Shown in pieces: positions 1 to 9,814 of a stretch of 64,000 nt of DNA. The DNA comes from an uncultured Marinoscillum sp. (GTDB lineage Bacteria; Bacteroidota; Bacteroidia; Cytophagales; MED-G16): NCBI GenBank assembly GCA_964553685.1, contig CAZKLB010000001.1:83952-147951 (forward strand). Reading direction: 5' to 3'. The position numbers were made by a program, and so were the translations under genes. The stretch's first letter is position 1. Every line of letters starts with the position of its first letter. The notes beneath the pieces were generated by a model. The model was not told the origin of the DNA, ran no database searches, and saw only the letters and a list, made by a program, of their open reading frames with translations.

Positions 1-1042
1 CTTCTGCGTTTGAGTAATAAGGAGCTCCAGTAGCAGCATTTTTAGTAAACTGTAAGCTAAGGATGAATCCCCAACCCTCAGATAATGCGTGATGAGCATC
101 TGCCCATTTACCGTCATTCCTTTTTGAAACATAACTTCTTAAGTAATCAGCAGCTTTTCTACCTATTACCATTGATAATTTAGTTGAAACTATTGCAGCT
201 TGTTCGTCTCTTACATCATAAGCACCAGCTACTATTGCAGCTCTACCTTTTTTGAAAGCATCATAGATTTCTTGTGCTATACCAGGTAAAGATGATCCAT
301 CTACTTTCTTTAAGTATTTGCTTACAAGAACGTCCGGTCCTTCAATTGAAGCATTTGAGTCATCAGGCTCTAAACCATATAGATAGCCATAGCCTTCATC
401 CCAGTAATGCTCCATTGCAGTATAATTTTTACCATCAACAAGAGTACCAGCATCGTTATCAGCTTTGTTTGTTCCACCGTCTAATTTACCAGCAGATAGA
501 TATCCCCAGATTATCTGGTCACATACTAATGCACCCATTAAACCTTTGGTAAAGAGTTGGTTAATTTCATGCCCCTTTGCATTAATTTTAACTGTTCTTC
601 CTCCTGGATCTGTATATGACCCTGGTGTTCCATCAGAAGCAGTATTTGCAACATTAGGAAACACGTTAGTAGTAACGTCAGTTATTAATGCATCAAACTG
701 AGGCTTTACAGTTGATGAAGCTTGACTACTAGAAGCAGTTTTGTTACCCAGTTTTTTGCCAGACATTGCTAGCGCTGGATTTCCAAATCCTGTTCCATTA
801 TCAAACATATTTACTAATTCTTCTTTGGTTTTGGCTTCGTTATTTAGGTATGAACTTAGTTCAGCTGCCATTTCAAGTCTTGCAGACTGACCACTGTAAC
901 TTACCGTTGTTGCACCATTTCTCTCGAAAGAGTATGTCGCTGGCGGTGTTACTGTTATAGTAGCAGGCTCTTCAGTTTCGTTATCACAACCTATGATTAC
1001 AAAACCTAGAACTAATAACCATAAACTATTTAAATTTTTCAT
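1..1042 (-). CDS. DUF4856-like lipoprotein (5' part only; the gene runs off the window start)
   Basis: Absent from the ORF track because no stop lies inside the window. My minus-strand translation from the ATG at 1042-1040 reads MKNLNSLWLLVLGFVIIGCDNETEEPATITVTPPATYSFERNGATTVSYSGQSARLEM... and stays open to position 1. It has a lipobox (IIGC). The TYSFERNG..SYSGQ block matches my memory of Bacteroidota DUF4856 lipoproteins, which usually sit in imelysin/TonB iron clusters. Confidence 0.6.
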   Translation of the reverse strand, partial: MKNLNSLWLLVLGFVIIGCDNETEEPATITVTPPATYSFERNGATTVSYSGQSARLEMAAELSSYLNNEAKTKEELVNMFDNGTGFGNPALAMSGKKLGNKTASSSQASSTVKPQFDALITDVTTNVFPNVANTASDGTPGSYTDPGGRTVKINAKGHEINQLFTKGLMGALVCDQIIWGYLSAGKLDGGTNKADNDAGTLVDGKNYTAMEHYWDEGYGYLYGLEPDDSNASIEGPDVLVSKYLKKVDGSSLPGIAQEIYDAFKKGRAAIVAGAYDVRDEQAAIVSTKLSMVIGRKAADYLRSYVSKRNDGKWADAHHALSEGWGFILSLQFTKNAATGAPYYSNAE

Positions 1043-1168
1043 AATTATTTAGATTTATTTTAATTAAGCGCTGCAATATTATACTCTATTTAGAATAATT
1101 CCAAATAAAGAATTTTATTTTTTCATAATATCCATATTTAATGTTTTAAATTTCTTAAATAATTATTC

Positions 1169-1197
1169 TTTGATAAAAGGAATAACATTTACTTTTG
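1169..1197 (+). promoter_or_regulatory. Candidate Bacteroidota sigma-A promoter of the heme operon (TTG-N18-TACTTTTG)
   Basis: TTG at 1169-1171 and TActTTTG at 1190-1197 match the published TTG/TAnnTTTG (-33/-7) consensus of Bacteroidetes. The -7 box overlaps the TTG at 1195 used by the ORF track, which favours the in-frame TTG at 1216 as the hemA start. Confidence 0.35.
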
Positions 1198-2484
1198 AGG
1201 AAATTTAGATATACTTTGATAGGCCTTATTAGTATTAATTTTAAAACATCACCAATTGAGGTGAGAGAAAAATTTTATTTTCAAGATTCTGAGAAATTAA
1301 AATTTTACAATATTCTTTCAGAAGAGTGTTCTGTTGATGGTCTTGTCATTTTATCTACTTGTAATAGAACAGAAATTTATTATGAGTTTGAAAATCATAT
1401 TGGTGAGGAAAAAAGAATTTTTCATCTATTAATGAAATGTCTTGTCGAGTTTAAACAATATTCCGAAGGATTGTCTCCCTATGTATCAAAAAAAATAGGA
1501 TCATTTGAGGTTTCGAGGCACCTTTTTAGGTTGATATCAGGACTAGAGTCAATGATTATAGGAGAATTCCAAATTGTTGATCAGTTGAAGGAAGCCTTTT
1601 ATTTTGCCAAAGACAAAAAAATGCTTGGTCCGATACTAGGCCGAATGTTTCAAAAGTCATTCGAAACAGGAAAATTTGTTCGATCTAATACAGATATTGC
1701 TAAGGGGGCAATATCAGTTAGCTATGCTGCTGTAGAAATGATATCTAAAAAATATACTAACAAAGATGTTTCAATTTTATGTATTGGAGCAGGTGAGACA
1801 TCTAAACTTTCAACAAAACACTTAATTAATAAAGGTTTTGGAAATATATCTGTAACTAACAGGACAAAAAAAAGAGCAGATCATTTTGCTAAATCATTTG
1901 ATTTGAAAACAATTCCTTTTTCTAATATGAACGAAAAATTATTGGAAGTAGACATCGCTATTTTTTCAACGGCTTCTCCAGTACCACTTCTAACAGAAAG
2001 TAATGTTGAAAAGATTAATAACTTAAGAAATCAGAAGAAACTTCTTTTGGTTGATTTATCCATTCCCAGAAATATAGAAAATGAGATATCCAAAATTAAT
2101 GGTGTTGAGCTTATTAATGTTGATGGACTAAAAGACATTGTTAATAAAAACTATAGTAGAAGGAAAAATGAAATTGATAAAGCACAAAAACTAATTGATG
2201 AATTTTTACACGAATTTGATGAGTGGGCTAGTTCAAGGCAGCTAAGACCATCTATTCTATCTATAAAAAATCAGATAAAGTTTTTAATTAAAAATAATAT
2301 TAATCAAGATTTAAATAGTTCACGGTCAATTGACAGCGTTGATGATATTGAAATGGATGTAAACATGAATAAAGTTTATAGTAAGCTCTCAGATCATTTA
2401 GTTAGAAGAATAAGAATTGCAAGCAAGAATGGAAAGGATAAGAATGCTTTGGATATAATTAAGAAAATATTTAATGAAGAATAA
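1195..2484 (+). CDS. hemA: Glutamyl-tRNA reductase
   Basis: Motifs: LSTCNRTEIYY (catalytic Cys), GAGETSKL NADPH loop, N-terminal INFKTSPIEVREKF. There is no in-frame ATG. The candidate starts are TTG 1195 or TTG 1216, and 1216 gives an MIGLISINFKT N-terminus of more typical length. Confidence 0.9.
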   Translation: MRKFRYTLIGLISINFKTSPIEVREKFYFQDSEKLKFYNILSEECSVDGLVILSTCNRTEIYYEFENHIGEEKRIFHLLMKCLVEFKQYSEGLSPYVSKKIGSFEVSRHLFRLISGLESMIIGEFQIVDQLKEAFYFAKDKKMLGPILGRMFQKSFETGKFVRSNTDIAKGAISVSYAAVEMISKKYTNKDVSILCIGAGETSKLSTKHLINKGFGNISVTNRTKKRADHFAKSFDLKTIPFSNMNEKLLEVDIAIFSTASPVPLLTESNVEKINNLRNQKKLLLVDLSIPRNIENEISKINGVELINVDGLKDIVNKNYSRRKNEIDKAQKLIDEFLHEFDEWASSRQLRPSILSIKNQIKFLIKNNINQDLNSSRSIDSVDDIEMDVNMNKVYSKLSDHLVRRIRIASKNGKDKNALDIIKKIFNEE

Positions 2485-3391
2485 TAAGATATTGATTGGT
2501 ACCAGGTCAAGTAAATTAGCGCTATACCAATCAAAACTTGTTCAATCAAAACTTGAAAAACTCTATCCTAATTTATCTTTTATTTTAAAAAAAATTAAAA
2601 CTAAAGGAGATAAATTAATAAATGAGCCACTTGAATCATCCATTGAAAAAGGCTTTTTTGTAAAAGAAATTCAACAAAGTTTATTAAATAATGACATTGA
2701 TATAGCAGTACATAGTTTAAAAGATTTACCTGTAGATGTACCAAATGGTTTAAAGCTGACAGCGATTTTAAAGAGAGGAAATCATCGTGATTCCCTTTTA
2801 GCTAAATATAATGTGGATATTTATGATCAAACGAAACCTCTAGTAATAGCTACTTCTTCCAATAGAAGAAAATCACAACTCCTGAGGCTGAACCCATCTC
2901 TTAAGGTTAAAAGTATAAGGGGAAATATTGATACCAGGATTTCAAAAATGAATGATGGGTATTGTGATGCCTTGGTTGTGGCTACTGCTGCTCTTGAAAG
3001 GTTGGGTATATCAGATAAAATTTTTTTAAACTTTTCCTCTAGTCAAATGATAAGTGCGCCAGCTCAAGGTGCTATAGCTGTTGAAACAAGAGCTGGTGAT
3101 AAGTTAGGTGAATTAATTAAAAAACTGGATCATCAAACCACAAGAATTTGTGTCAATCAAGAAAGGTTATTTCTTAAAACACTTAAAGGTGGCTGTACAG
3201 CACCTATTGGTGCTCACTCTACTATTCATGATAATAATATCATCATGAAGGTTATAGTCTCTTCTCTTGATGGGAAGAAATTTATAACAAAAGAGCTCAA
3301 ATCAGAGTATATTAGTACTACTAAGATAGGCTTAGATCTAGCTAACCTCGTACTTAAAAGTGGAGGTAGAGAGATTTTGTCTGAGATCTAG
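2474..3391 (+). CDS. hemC: Hydroxymethylbilane synthase (porphobilinogen deaminase)
   Basis: Motifs: IGTRSSKLALYQ N-terminus, and GGCTAPIGA carrying the dipyrromethane-cofactor Cys. It overlaps hemA by 11 nt. Confidence 0.92.
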   Translation: MKNNKILIGTRSSKLALYQSKLVQSKLEKLYPNLSFILKKIKTKGDKLINEPLESSIEKGFFVKEIQQSLLNNDIDIAVHSLKDLPVDVPNGLKLTAILKRGNHRDSLLAKYNVDIYDQTKPLVIATSSNRRKSQLLRLNPSLKVKSIRGNIDTRISKMNDGYCDALVVATAALERLGISDKIFLNFSSSQMISAPAQGAIAVETRAGDKLGELIKKLDHQTTRICVNQERLFLKTLKGGCTAPIGAHSTIHDNNIIMKVIVSSLDGKKFITKELKSEYISTTKIGLDLANLVLKSGGREILSEI

Positions 3392-3402
3392 TACTGAAAC
3401 AA

Positions 3403-4133
3403 TGGATAAAAGGAAAAAAATAAATATCATTTTAACCAATGAGGGTAAAATTGATAACTTTAAATCATTGAATGATGCTGGTTTTTCTGTCTTTCACTTT
3501 CCAATGATTTCAACTTCACAAAATGATAGTAAAAAAAGTTTTTTAAATAAATCATTTGACTATTTTATTTTCACCTCTAAAAATGGTGTCAATTATTTTT
3601 TCACATATTTTGATAAAAAATTTAGAAAGAATAAAGGGGAGGCAATTTGTATAGGAACGAAGACAGAGAAGGAACTTAAAAAATATAATATTAAATCCGC
3701 TTATGTTGCAAAAAAAAATTATTCAAAAATTTTATCTGAAGATTTAAAAGAGTCTGGCATTTTAAAATCTAAAAATGTTCTTTTAGTTCAAGGGAATAAG
3801 TCCCAAAATTACTTATATGAAAGTTTAAAAATGTATTGTGATTTAACGAAATTTGTTGCTTATAATACAGAACTTATTAGAACCGTGGACACTAAATTAA
3901 AAAGCTTGATAGATAGTCAAGTCACTTACTCAGTTTTTACAAGCCCATCGTGCTTTGAGGCGTTTATTAATCTATATGATGCAAAAAAAACAAATATTAT
4001 TAGCATTGGTCAATCTACCTCATTATATATAAAAAATTTAGGCTTTAGTCCTATGATCACATCTAGTATGCAAACCTATGAGGGAATTGCAGATTCAATA
4101 ATTGCTTTTTTTAATCAAAAATCTATATCATGA
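3403..4133 (+). CDS. hemD: Uroporphyrinogen-III synthase (operon copy)
   Basis: HEM4-like two-lobe pattern (FTSKNGVNYFF ... VFTSPSCFEAF) and its position between hemC and hemB. I prefer the ATG at 3403 (MDKRKK...) over the track start at 3360, which lies inside hemC. Confidence 0.75.
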
Positions 4134-5107
4134 CGTTTCCTAAGACAAGACTTCGTAGGCTTAGATATAATAAAGCCGTAAGGGATTTAGTTGAAGATAC
4201 TAATCTGAGGCCCAAGGATTTAATTTATCCTGTTTTTGTAAGTGATAATTTAAAATCAAAAAAAGAGATAATATCAATGCCTGGTCAATATCAAATCCCT
4301 CTTAACCTTTTGAATGATATATGTGATAAAATCCTTTCTAATGGAATAAAAAGTATTTTTCTTTTTGGTGTTCCTGCCAAAAAGGATGAACACGGTGTAG
4401 TTGCTCAAAGTGATGATGGGATCGTTCAGAAAGCAATAAAAATTATTAAAAAAAATTATCCAGATATTTTAATAATTGCTGATTTATGTAATTGTCAGTA
4501 TACAAATCATGGACACTGTGGTACCATTGTGGATAATGACGTGGATAACGATTTGACTCTTAAAAATCTTGGATTGCAAGCCCTATCATTAGTAAGATCA
4601 GGTGCGGATATTATTGCGCCTTCAGATATGATGGATGGAAGAGTAGGATATCTAAGAAATATTCTAGATAAAAATAATTTTATAAAAACACCCATATTTT
4701 CATATTGTATAAAATATTCATCGTCATTTTATGGTCCTTTTAGAGAAGCTGCAGAAAATACACCAGAATTTGGAGATAGGAGGTCTTATCAGATGAATTT
4801 CAAAAATTCCTTCGAGGCGCTTCGTGAAGCTGAGACAGATATAAATGAAGGAGCTGATGTACTAATTATTAAGCCAGCATTATCTTACCTTGATATTATA
4901 TATAAAGTTAAATCAAAATTTAGCATACCTGTTATAGCGTTTAATGTAAGTGGTGAGTACTCAATGGTTAAATCAGCGTCTGACAGAAATTGGATAGACG
5001 GGGCTAATGCTGCAATTGAAATATTAACATCAATGAAAAGAGCTGGAGCAAGTGCAATAGTTACATACCATGCACTAGAAATTGCAAAAAAATTGAATAA
5101 AAATTAA
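4130..5107 (+). CDS. hemB: Porphobilinogen synthase (ALA dehydratase), Zn-type
   Basis: Motifs: DLCNCQYTNHGHCG cysteine-rich Zn site and IKPALSYLDI Schiff-base Lys. ATGA overlap with hemD. Confidence 0.93.
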   Translation: MTFPKTRLRRLRYNKAVRDLVEDTNLRPKDLIYPVFVSDNLKSKKEIISMPGQYQIPLNLLNDICDKILSNGIKSIFLFGVPAKKDEHGVVAQSDDGIVQKAIKIIKKNYPDILIIADLCNCQYTNHGHCGTIVDNDVDNDLTLKNLGLQALSLVRSGADIIAPSDMMDGRVGYLRNILDKNNFIKTPIFSYCIKYSSSFYGPFREAAENTPEFGDRRSYQMNFKNSFEALREAETDINEGADVLIIKPALSYLDIIYKVKSKFSIPVIAFNVSGEYSMVKSASDRNWIDGANAAIEILTSMKRAGASAIVTYHALEIAKKLNKN

Positions 5108-6393
5108 TGTATAAAAAAAGCAAAAAAGCATTTAAAAACTCCAAAAAGGTTTTACCAGGTGGTGTGAATTCTCCAGTAAGAGCTTTTAAAAGTGTAAAAT
5201 GTGACCCTATTTTCTTTAAAAAAGGAAAGGGTAGTAAAATTACTGATCTAGATGGAAATAAATATATTGACTGTGTGTCATCATGGGGGCCACTTATCTT
5301 TGGCCACGCAGATAAGGAGACCCTAAAAGCAATTGTAAATTCTTCAAAACTTGGTACATCGTATGGGGCTCCAACTTTATTAGAAACTGAAATGGCAAAG
5401 ACAATAATAAAGATGGTTCCTTCCATAGAAAAAGTAAGAATGGTGAATTCAGGTACTGAAGCCACAATGAGTGCTATAAGGTTGGCTAGAGGTTATACCA
5501 ATAAAAGATTTATAATAAAGTTTGCAGGTAATTACCACGGACATGGGGATAGTTTTTTAATAAAAGCTGGTTCTGGAGCCATGACGCTTGGCTTGCCAGA
5601 TAGTCCAGGCGTTACAAAAAATACTGCAAAGGATACTTTGATTGCATCCTTTAATGACATTAATTCTGTAGAAAAACTACTTAAAAAGAACAAAGAAGAC
5701 GTTGCTGCTGTAATTGTAGAGCCAGTAGCGGGCAATATGGGTCTTGTTTTACCAAAAAATGGATTTCTTAAAGATTTAAGATTGTTAACAAGAAAGCATA
5801 ACTGTCTTTTGATTTTTGATGAAGTGATGACAGGATTTAGAGTTGCAAGAGGTGGGGCTCAGGAAATATATAATGTTAAGCCTGACATCACCACTCTTGG
5901 TAAGGTTATTGGAGGTGGTTTACCAGTTGGTGCATACGGTGGAGAAAAAAGCATAATGAATTTTTTAGCACCAAAAGGTCCAGTTTATCAAGCAGGAACT
6001 TTATCTGGTAACCCTTTAGCAATGAGTGCCGGTATTTCAGTATTAAATAGGCTTAACAATAAAACTTTCAATAAGTTAGAAAAAATATCAAAGAGTATAT
6101 GTGATGGAATTAATCTTCAGATACAGAAGACTAAAATCAATGCTATTGTAAAAAGATTAGGCTCAATGATGACATTATTTTTTACTGAAAGAAAAAGTAT
6201 TGATACCTATGAGGATGCATTGTCGTGTAATACTGATATGTATGCGAAATTTTTTAAATGTATGTTGGATCAAGGAATATACTTTCCTCCCTCTCAATAC
6301 GAATCTTGTTTTTTTTCGTTAGCAACATCTAAATCGGATATTAATAAAATTATTAAAGCAACAGGAATTGCATTTAAAAAGATAAAGAAATGA
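5107..6393 (+). CDS. hemL: Glutamate-1-semialdehyde 2,1-aminomutase
   Basis: Motifs: GGVNSPVRAF, DEVMTGFR, and TTLGKVIGGG carrying the PLP Lys. TAATG overlap with hemB. Confidence 0.93.
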   Translation: MYKKSKKAFKNSKKVLPGGVNSPVRAFKSVKCDPIFFKKGKGSKITDLDGNKYIDCVSSWGPLIFGHADKETLKAIVNSSKLGTSYGAPTLLETEMAKTIIKMVPSIEKVRMVNSGTEATMSAIRLARGYTNKRFIIKFAGNYHGHGDSFLIKAGSGAMTLGLPDSPGVTKNTAKDTLIASFNDINSVEKLLKKNKEDVAAVIVEPVAGNMGLVLPKNGFLKDLRLLTRKHNCLLIFDEVMTGFRVARGGAQEIYNVKPDITTLGKVIGGGLPVGAYGGEKSIMNFLAPKGPVYQAGTLSGNPLAMSAGISVLNRLNNKTFNKLEKISKSICDGINLQIQKTKINAIVKRLGSMMTLFFTERKSIDTYEDALSCNTDMYAKFFKCMLDQGIYFPPSQYESCFFSLATSKSDINKIIKATGIAFKKIKK

Positions 6394-7403
6394 ATTCAAT
6401 TTTTATAGATAAATTAAATGGAATCAAGACAAGCAGACCGCCTGTATGGTTTATGAGACAAGCTGGAAGGATTCTGCCAAGTTATCAGAAATTAAAAGAG
6501 AGCTACTCCTTTAGAGAGATGATGGATAATAAACAGTTGGCTGCCAAAGTTACATTACTACCTATTTCCGATTTGGGTGTAGATGCTGCAATATTATTTT
6601 CTGATATATTAATAATACCTGAGTCTATGGGAATGAAATTAGAATTTACAGAAAATGGTCCGAAGTTTCATAATGCAATTATGGATATTAATAACAAATT
6701 TTCTCCTGATTTATCAAAGTTAAATCATGTCTATAATAATATAGAAGAAGTAAAAAAAATATCCTCAACTCCATTAATAGGATTTTGTGGCGGTCCTCTC
6801 ACTACCTTTCTTTTTATGTTTAGAGGCAATGAAAATGATAAAAGTTTCAAAAGTGCACTAAAATTTTTTTACTCAAATCAAAAAGAGAGCTTAAAAATAA
6901 TTGAACAAATTACTGAGATTTCTATTGAGTATGTGAAGAAACAAATTGATTCTGGCATTGATTGTTTTCAATTATTTGAAACGTATTGTGGAATAATACC
7001 CTCAGAAATGTATAAAAAAATTATCTTGCCATTTTCTAAAAAAATTTTGAATGCTTCCAAAGAAAAAAATACTCCCTCTATTTTCTTCCCTAAAAACTTT
7101 AATGATGGTTTAAAGTATATAGATAGTAGTGTTTGTGATTTTGTAAGCATTGATTGGAATTTATCGCTCGACTATGCTAGAAGTATTGTTGATGATGAGG
7201 TCGGTATTCAAGGGAATATGGACCCAAGAGTTTTTTATTCTTCTAGAAAAGAAATTGATAAATATTTAAAAACCTTGATTAATTTTGGAGAAAATAATCA
7301 AGATTGGATTTTTAACTTGGGTCACGGTTTTATTCCTGACATTGATTATAAGAAAGTTATTCATGTTGTTGATTGGATTAAAGAAACTGATTGGAATAGA
7401 TAA
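6390..7403 (+). CDS. hemE: Uroporphyrinogen decarboxylase
   Basis: Motifs: PPVWFMRQAGR signature and NLGHGF near the C-terminus. ATGA overlap with hemL. Confidence 0.92.
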   Translation: MNSIFIDKLNGIKTSRPPVWFMRQAGRILPSYQKLKESYSFREMMDNKQLAAKVTLLPISDLGVDAAILFSDILIIPESMGMKLEFTENGPKFHNAIMDINNKFSPDLSKLNHVYNNIEEVKKISSTPLIGFCGGPLTTFLFMFRGNENDKSFKSALKFFYSNQKESLKIIEQITEISIEYVKKQIDSGIDCFQLFETYCGIIPSEMYKKIILPFSKKILNASKEKNTPSIFFPKNFNDGLKYIDSSVCDFVSIDWNLSLDYARSIVDDEVGIQGNMDPRVFYSSRKEIDKYLKTLINFGENNQDWIFNLGHGFIPDIDYKKVIHVVDWIKETDWNR

Positions 7404-7406
7404 GAT

Positions 7407-8786
7407 ATGATTGTAAAAGGCAAAGATTTAATTAAAAAATATAATGAAGCGGGTCCTAGATACACATCGTATCCGCCGGCAACTTTTTTTAATGAATATT
7501 TTAAAAATGAGGATTATCTTGAAAGTATTGAGAAATCTAATTACGAGAAACCAGAAAATATTTCAATTTATGTTCATGTTCCCTTCTGTCCTCAGATTTG
7601 TCATTTTTGTGGTTGCACCACAGAAACTGGTTTTTCAAGACCTTTTTTAGAAAGATATATCGATGCGGTCATCAAAGAAATCGAATTTGTTTCTAGCAAG
7701 ATACATTCCTCAAGAAAGTTAACTCAAGTACACTGGGGTGGCGGAACGCCAAATGCAATATCATATAAATATATTGAGAGGATAACCAATAAGCTTAAGG
7801 AGAAATTTGATTTCGCTGAGAATTACGAGATGGCAATTGAATGCAATCCTGCTCACCTAGAATTTCGTCATATTGAGCTCCTTAAAAAATTTGGTTTTAA
7901 TAGAATTTCAATTGGTATTCAGGATTTTAGGGACGATGTCTTAGATGCAATTAACAGAAGACCATCTAAAAGACCCATGGAAGATATTGTAAAAAAAATA
8001 TTTGATGAAGGTTTTACTGGAACAAATATTGATCTTGTGTATGGTTTGCCATTACAGACTGTTGATAGTTTTAAAGAAACCGTGGAAAGAGCAATTAAAT
8101 TAAATACTGAAAGAATTGTAACATTTTCATATGCTCATGTCCCGTCTGTGATTCCGCGCCAAAAAGTTTTAGAAGATGTCGGTTTTCCTTCAGCGGCTGA
8201 CAAAGCAAAAATGTACGAAAATTCATATGATCAACTTATTAAAGCAGGTTACGTTTCGATAGGAATGGATCATTATTCTAAACCTAATGATGAATTTGCA
8301 GTAGCTCTCAAGGAAAAACAACTGCATAGAAATTTTCAGGGATATTGTACCAGAGCGACAACAGGTCAGGTTTATGGTTTTGGTGCATCTTCTATCTCAC
8401 AATTAGATTCTGCATACAGTCAAAATATTAAGACAACCTCACAATATATTGAAAATATTGAAAATAATAATCTTGCTGTATTGAGAGGGTATTCTCTAAA
8501 TGATAATGAAAAGATTGTTAGATATATTATTAACTCTATCATGTGTAATTATTACGTTGATCTCCATCAAGTTGCAAAATACTTTGCATGCTCTATATAT
8601 GATATTAAAAAAGTTATTCAGTATTCTGAGTCTAATTTTAATGATTTTATTTCCGATGGTCTGATTGATATTAATGATGATGTCATAACTGTTCATAAGA
8701 GGGGCAGGTTGTTTACTCGAAATATTTCTATGCGTTTTGATCCTCTTATAAATAAGAAGGTAGGAACATATTCCAATACTATTTAA
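7407..8786 (+). CDS. hemN: Oxygen-independent coproporphyrinogen III oxidase (radical SAM)
   Basis: Motifs: GPRYTSYPPA N-terminus, HVPFCPQICHFCGC (CxxxCxxC), HWGGGTP. Confidence 0.9.
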   Translation: MIVKGKDLIKKYNEAGPRYTSYPPATFFNEYFKNEDYLESIEKSNYEKPENISIYVHVPFCPQICHFCGCTTETGFSRPFLERYIDAVIKEIEFVSSKIHSSRKLTQVHWGGGTPNAISYKYIERITNKLKEKFDFAENYEMAIECNPAHLEFRHIELLKKFGFNRISIGIQDFRDDVLDAINRRPSKRPMEDIVKKIFDEGFTGTNIDLVYGLPLQTVDSFKETVERAIKLNTERIVTFSYAHVPSVIPRQKVLEDVGFPSAADKAKMYENSYDQLIKAGYVSIGMDHYSKPNDEFAVALKEKQLHRNFQGYCTRATTGQVYGFGASSISQLDSAYSQNIKTTSQYIENIENNNLAVLRGYSLNDNEKIVRYIINSIMCNYYVDLHQVAKYFACSIYDIKKVIQYSESNFNDFISDGLIDINDDVITVHKRGRLFTRNISMRFDPLINKKVGTYSNTI

Positions 8787-8795
8787 CTATTCTTT

Positions 8796-9812
8796 ATGAA
8801 AGGTTTATTAATGATTAATCTCGGTTCGCCCGATAGCACCTCTATCAAAGATGTAAAAAAATATCTAGATGAATTTTTGATGGATGGGAGAGTTATTGAA
8901 TATAATTATTTTTTACGATGGTTATTAGTTAAGGGAATAATTTTGAATACAAGACCCAAAAAATCTGCTAAAGCGTATAAAAAAATCTGGTGGAAAGAGG
9001 GATCACCCTTAATAGTTTTATCTGAACGTCTATACTCAAAGGTGGAAAATTTACTTGATATACCTGTAGCTTTAGCAATGAGGTATGGATCAATATCAAT
9101 AAAAAAAGGCCTACAAGAATTGGTTCAAAAAGGAGTCAAAGAAGTAGTTGTTTTACCTCTTTATCCTCATTATGCTATGTCGTCCTACGAAACAGTGGTT
9201 GCAAAAGTCGAAACCGAAATAAAATCTAATTTTCCAGATTTACACAAGACAATTGTACCACCATTTTATAATGATAGTGATTATATAGATGTGATGTGTA
9301 ATAATATTAAATCAAACCTTAAAGGTGTTGAATATGATCATATTCTTTTTTCATATCATGGAATACCAGAAAGTCATGTTAAAATTTCAGATACAACTAA
9401 GAGTCATTGTTTAAAAGAACAGGATTGTTGTAGTATTTCCTCGGAAGCTCATAAAACCTGTTACAGGCATCAAGTATTTGAAACAACTGAGCTAATAGTC
9501 AAAAAATTAGGAATAAAAGAAGGTTCATATAGCAACTCATTTCAATCAAGATTACCTCTCCAGCCATGGCTCAAACCCTACACGGATTTTGAACTTCAGA
9601 GGCTTCCTAAAGACGGTAAGAAGAAATTGGTGATAATTACACCTGCTTTTGTTACAGATTGTTTAGAAACCCTTGAAGAAATTGCCATGGAGGGTAAAGA
9701 AGAATTTATTGAATCCGGCGGTGAGTCATACAATTATATTCCATGTTTAAATGATAGTGATGAATGGGCTCGAGTTATTGCTAAATGGGTAAAATCAAAG
9801 GCTTATACATAG
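8796..9812 (+). CDS. hemH: Ferrochelatase
   Basis: Motifs: LLMINLGSPDS, LPLYPHYAMSS, and FSYHGIPE with the catalytic His. It contains an internal C-X5-CC-X9-C segment (see findings). Confidence 0.9.
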   Translation: MKGLLMINLGSPDSTSIKDVKKYLDEFLMDGRVIEYNYFLRWLLVKGIILNTRPKKSAKAYKKIWWKEGSPLIVLSERLYSKVENLLDIPVALAMRYGSISIKKGLQELVQKGVKEVVVLPLYPHYAMSSYETVVAKVETEIKSNFPDLHKTIVPPFYNDSDYIDVMCNNIKSNLKGVEYDHILFSYHGIPESHVKISDTTKSHCLKEQDCCSISSEAHKTCYRHQVFETTELIVKKLGIKEGSYSNSFQSRLPLQPWLKPYTDFELQRLPKDGKKKLVIITPAFVTDCLETLEEIAMEGKEEFIESGGESYNYIPCLNDSDEWARVIAKWVKSKAYT

Positions 9813-9814
9813 AT

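Noticed and set aside
1158-1167. AATAATTATT palindrome upstream of hemA as a Fur-like box
   Set aside because: It is a pure A/T 10-mer palindrome in a 150-bp AT-rich spacer, which is likely by chance. It does not resemble the GC-anchored palindrome at 13890-13908.
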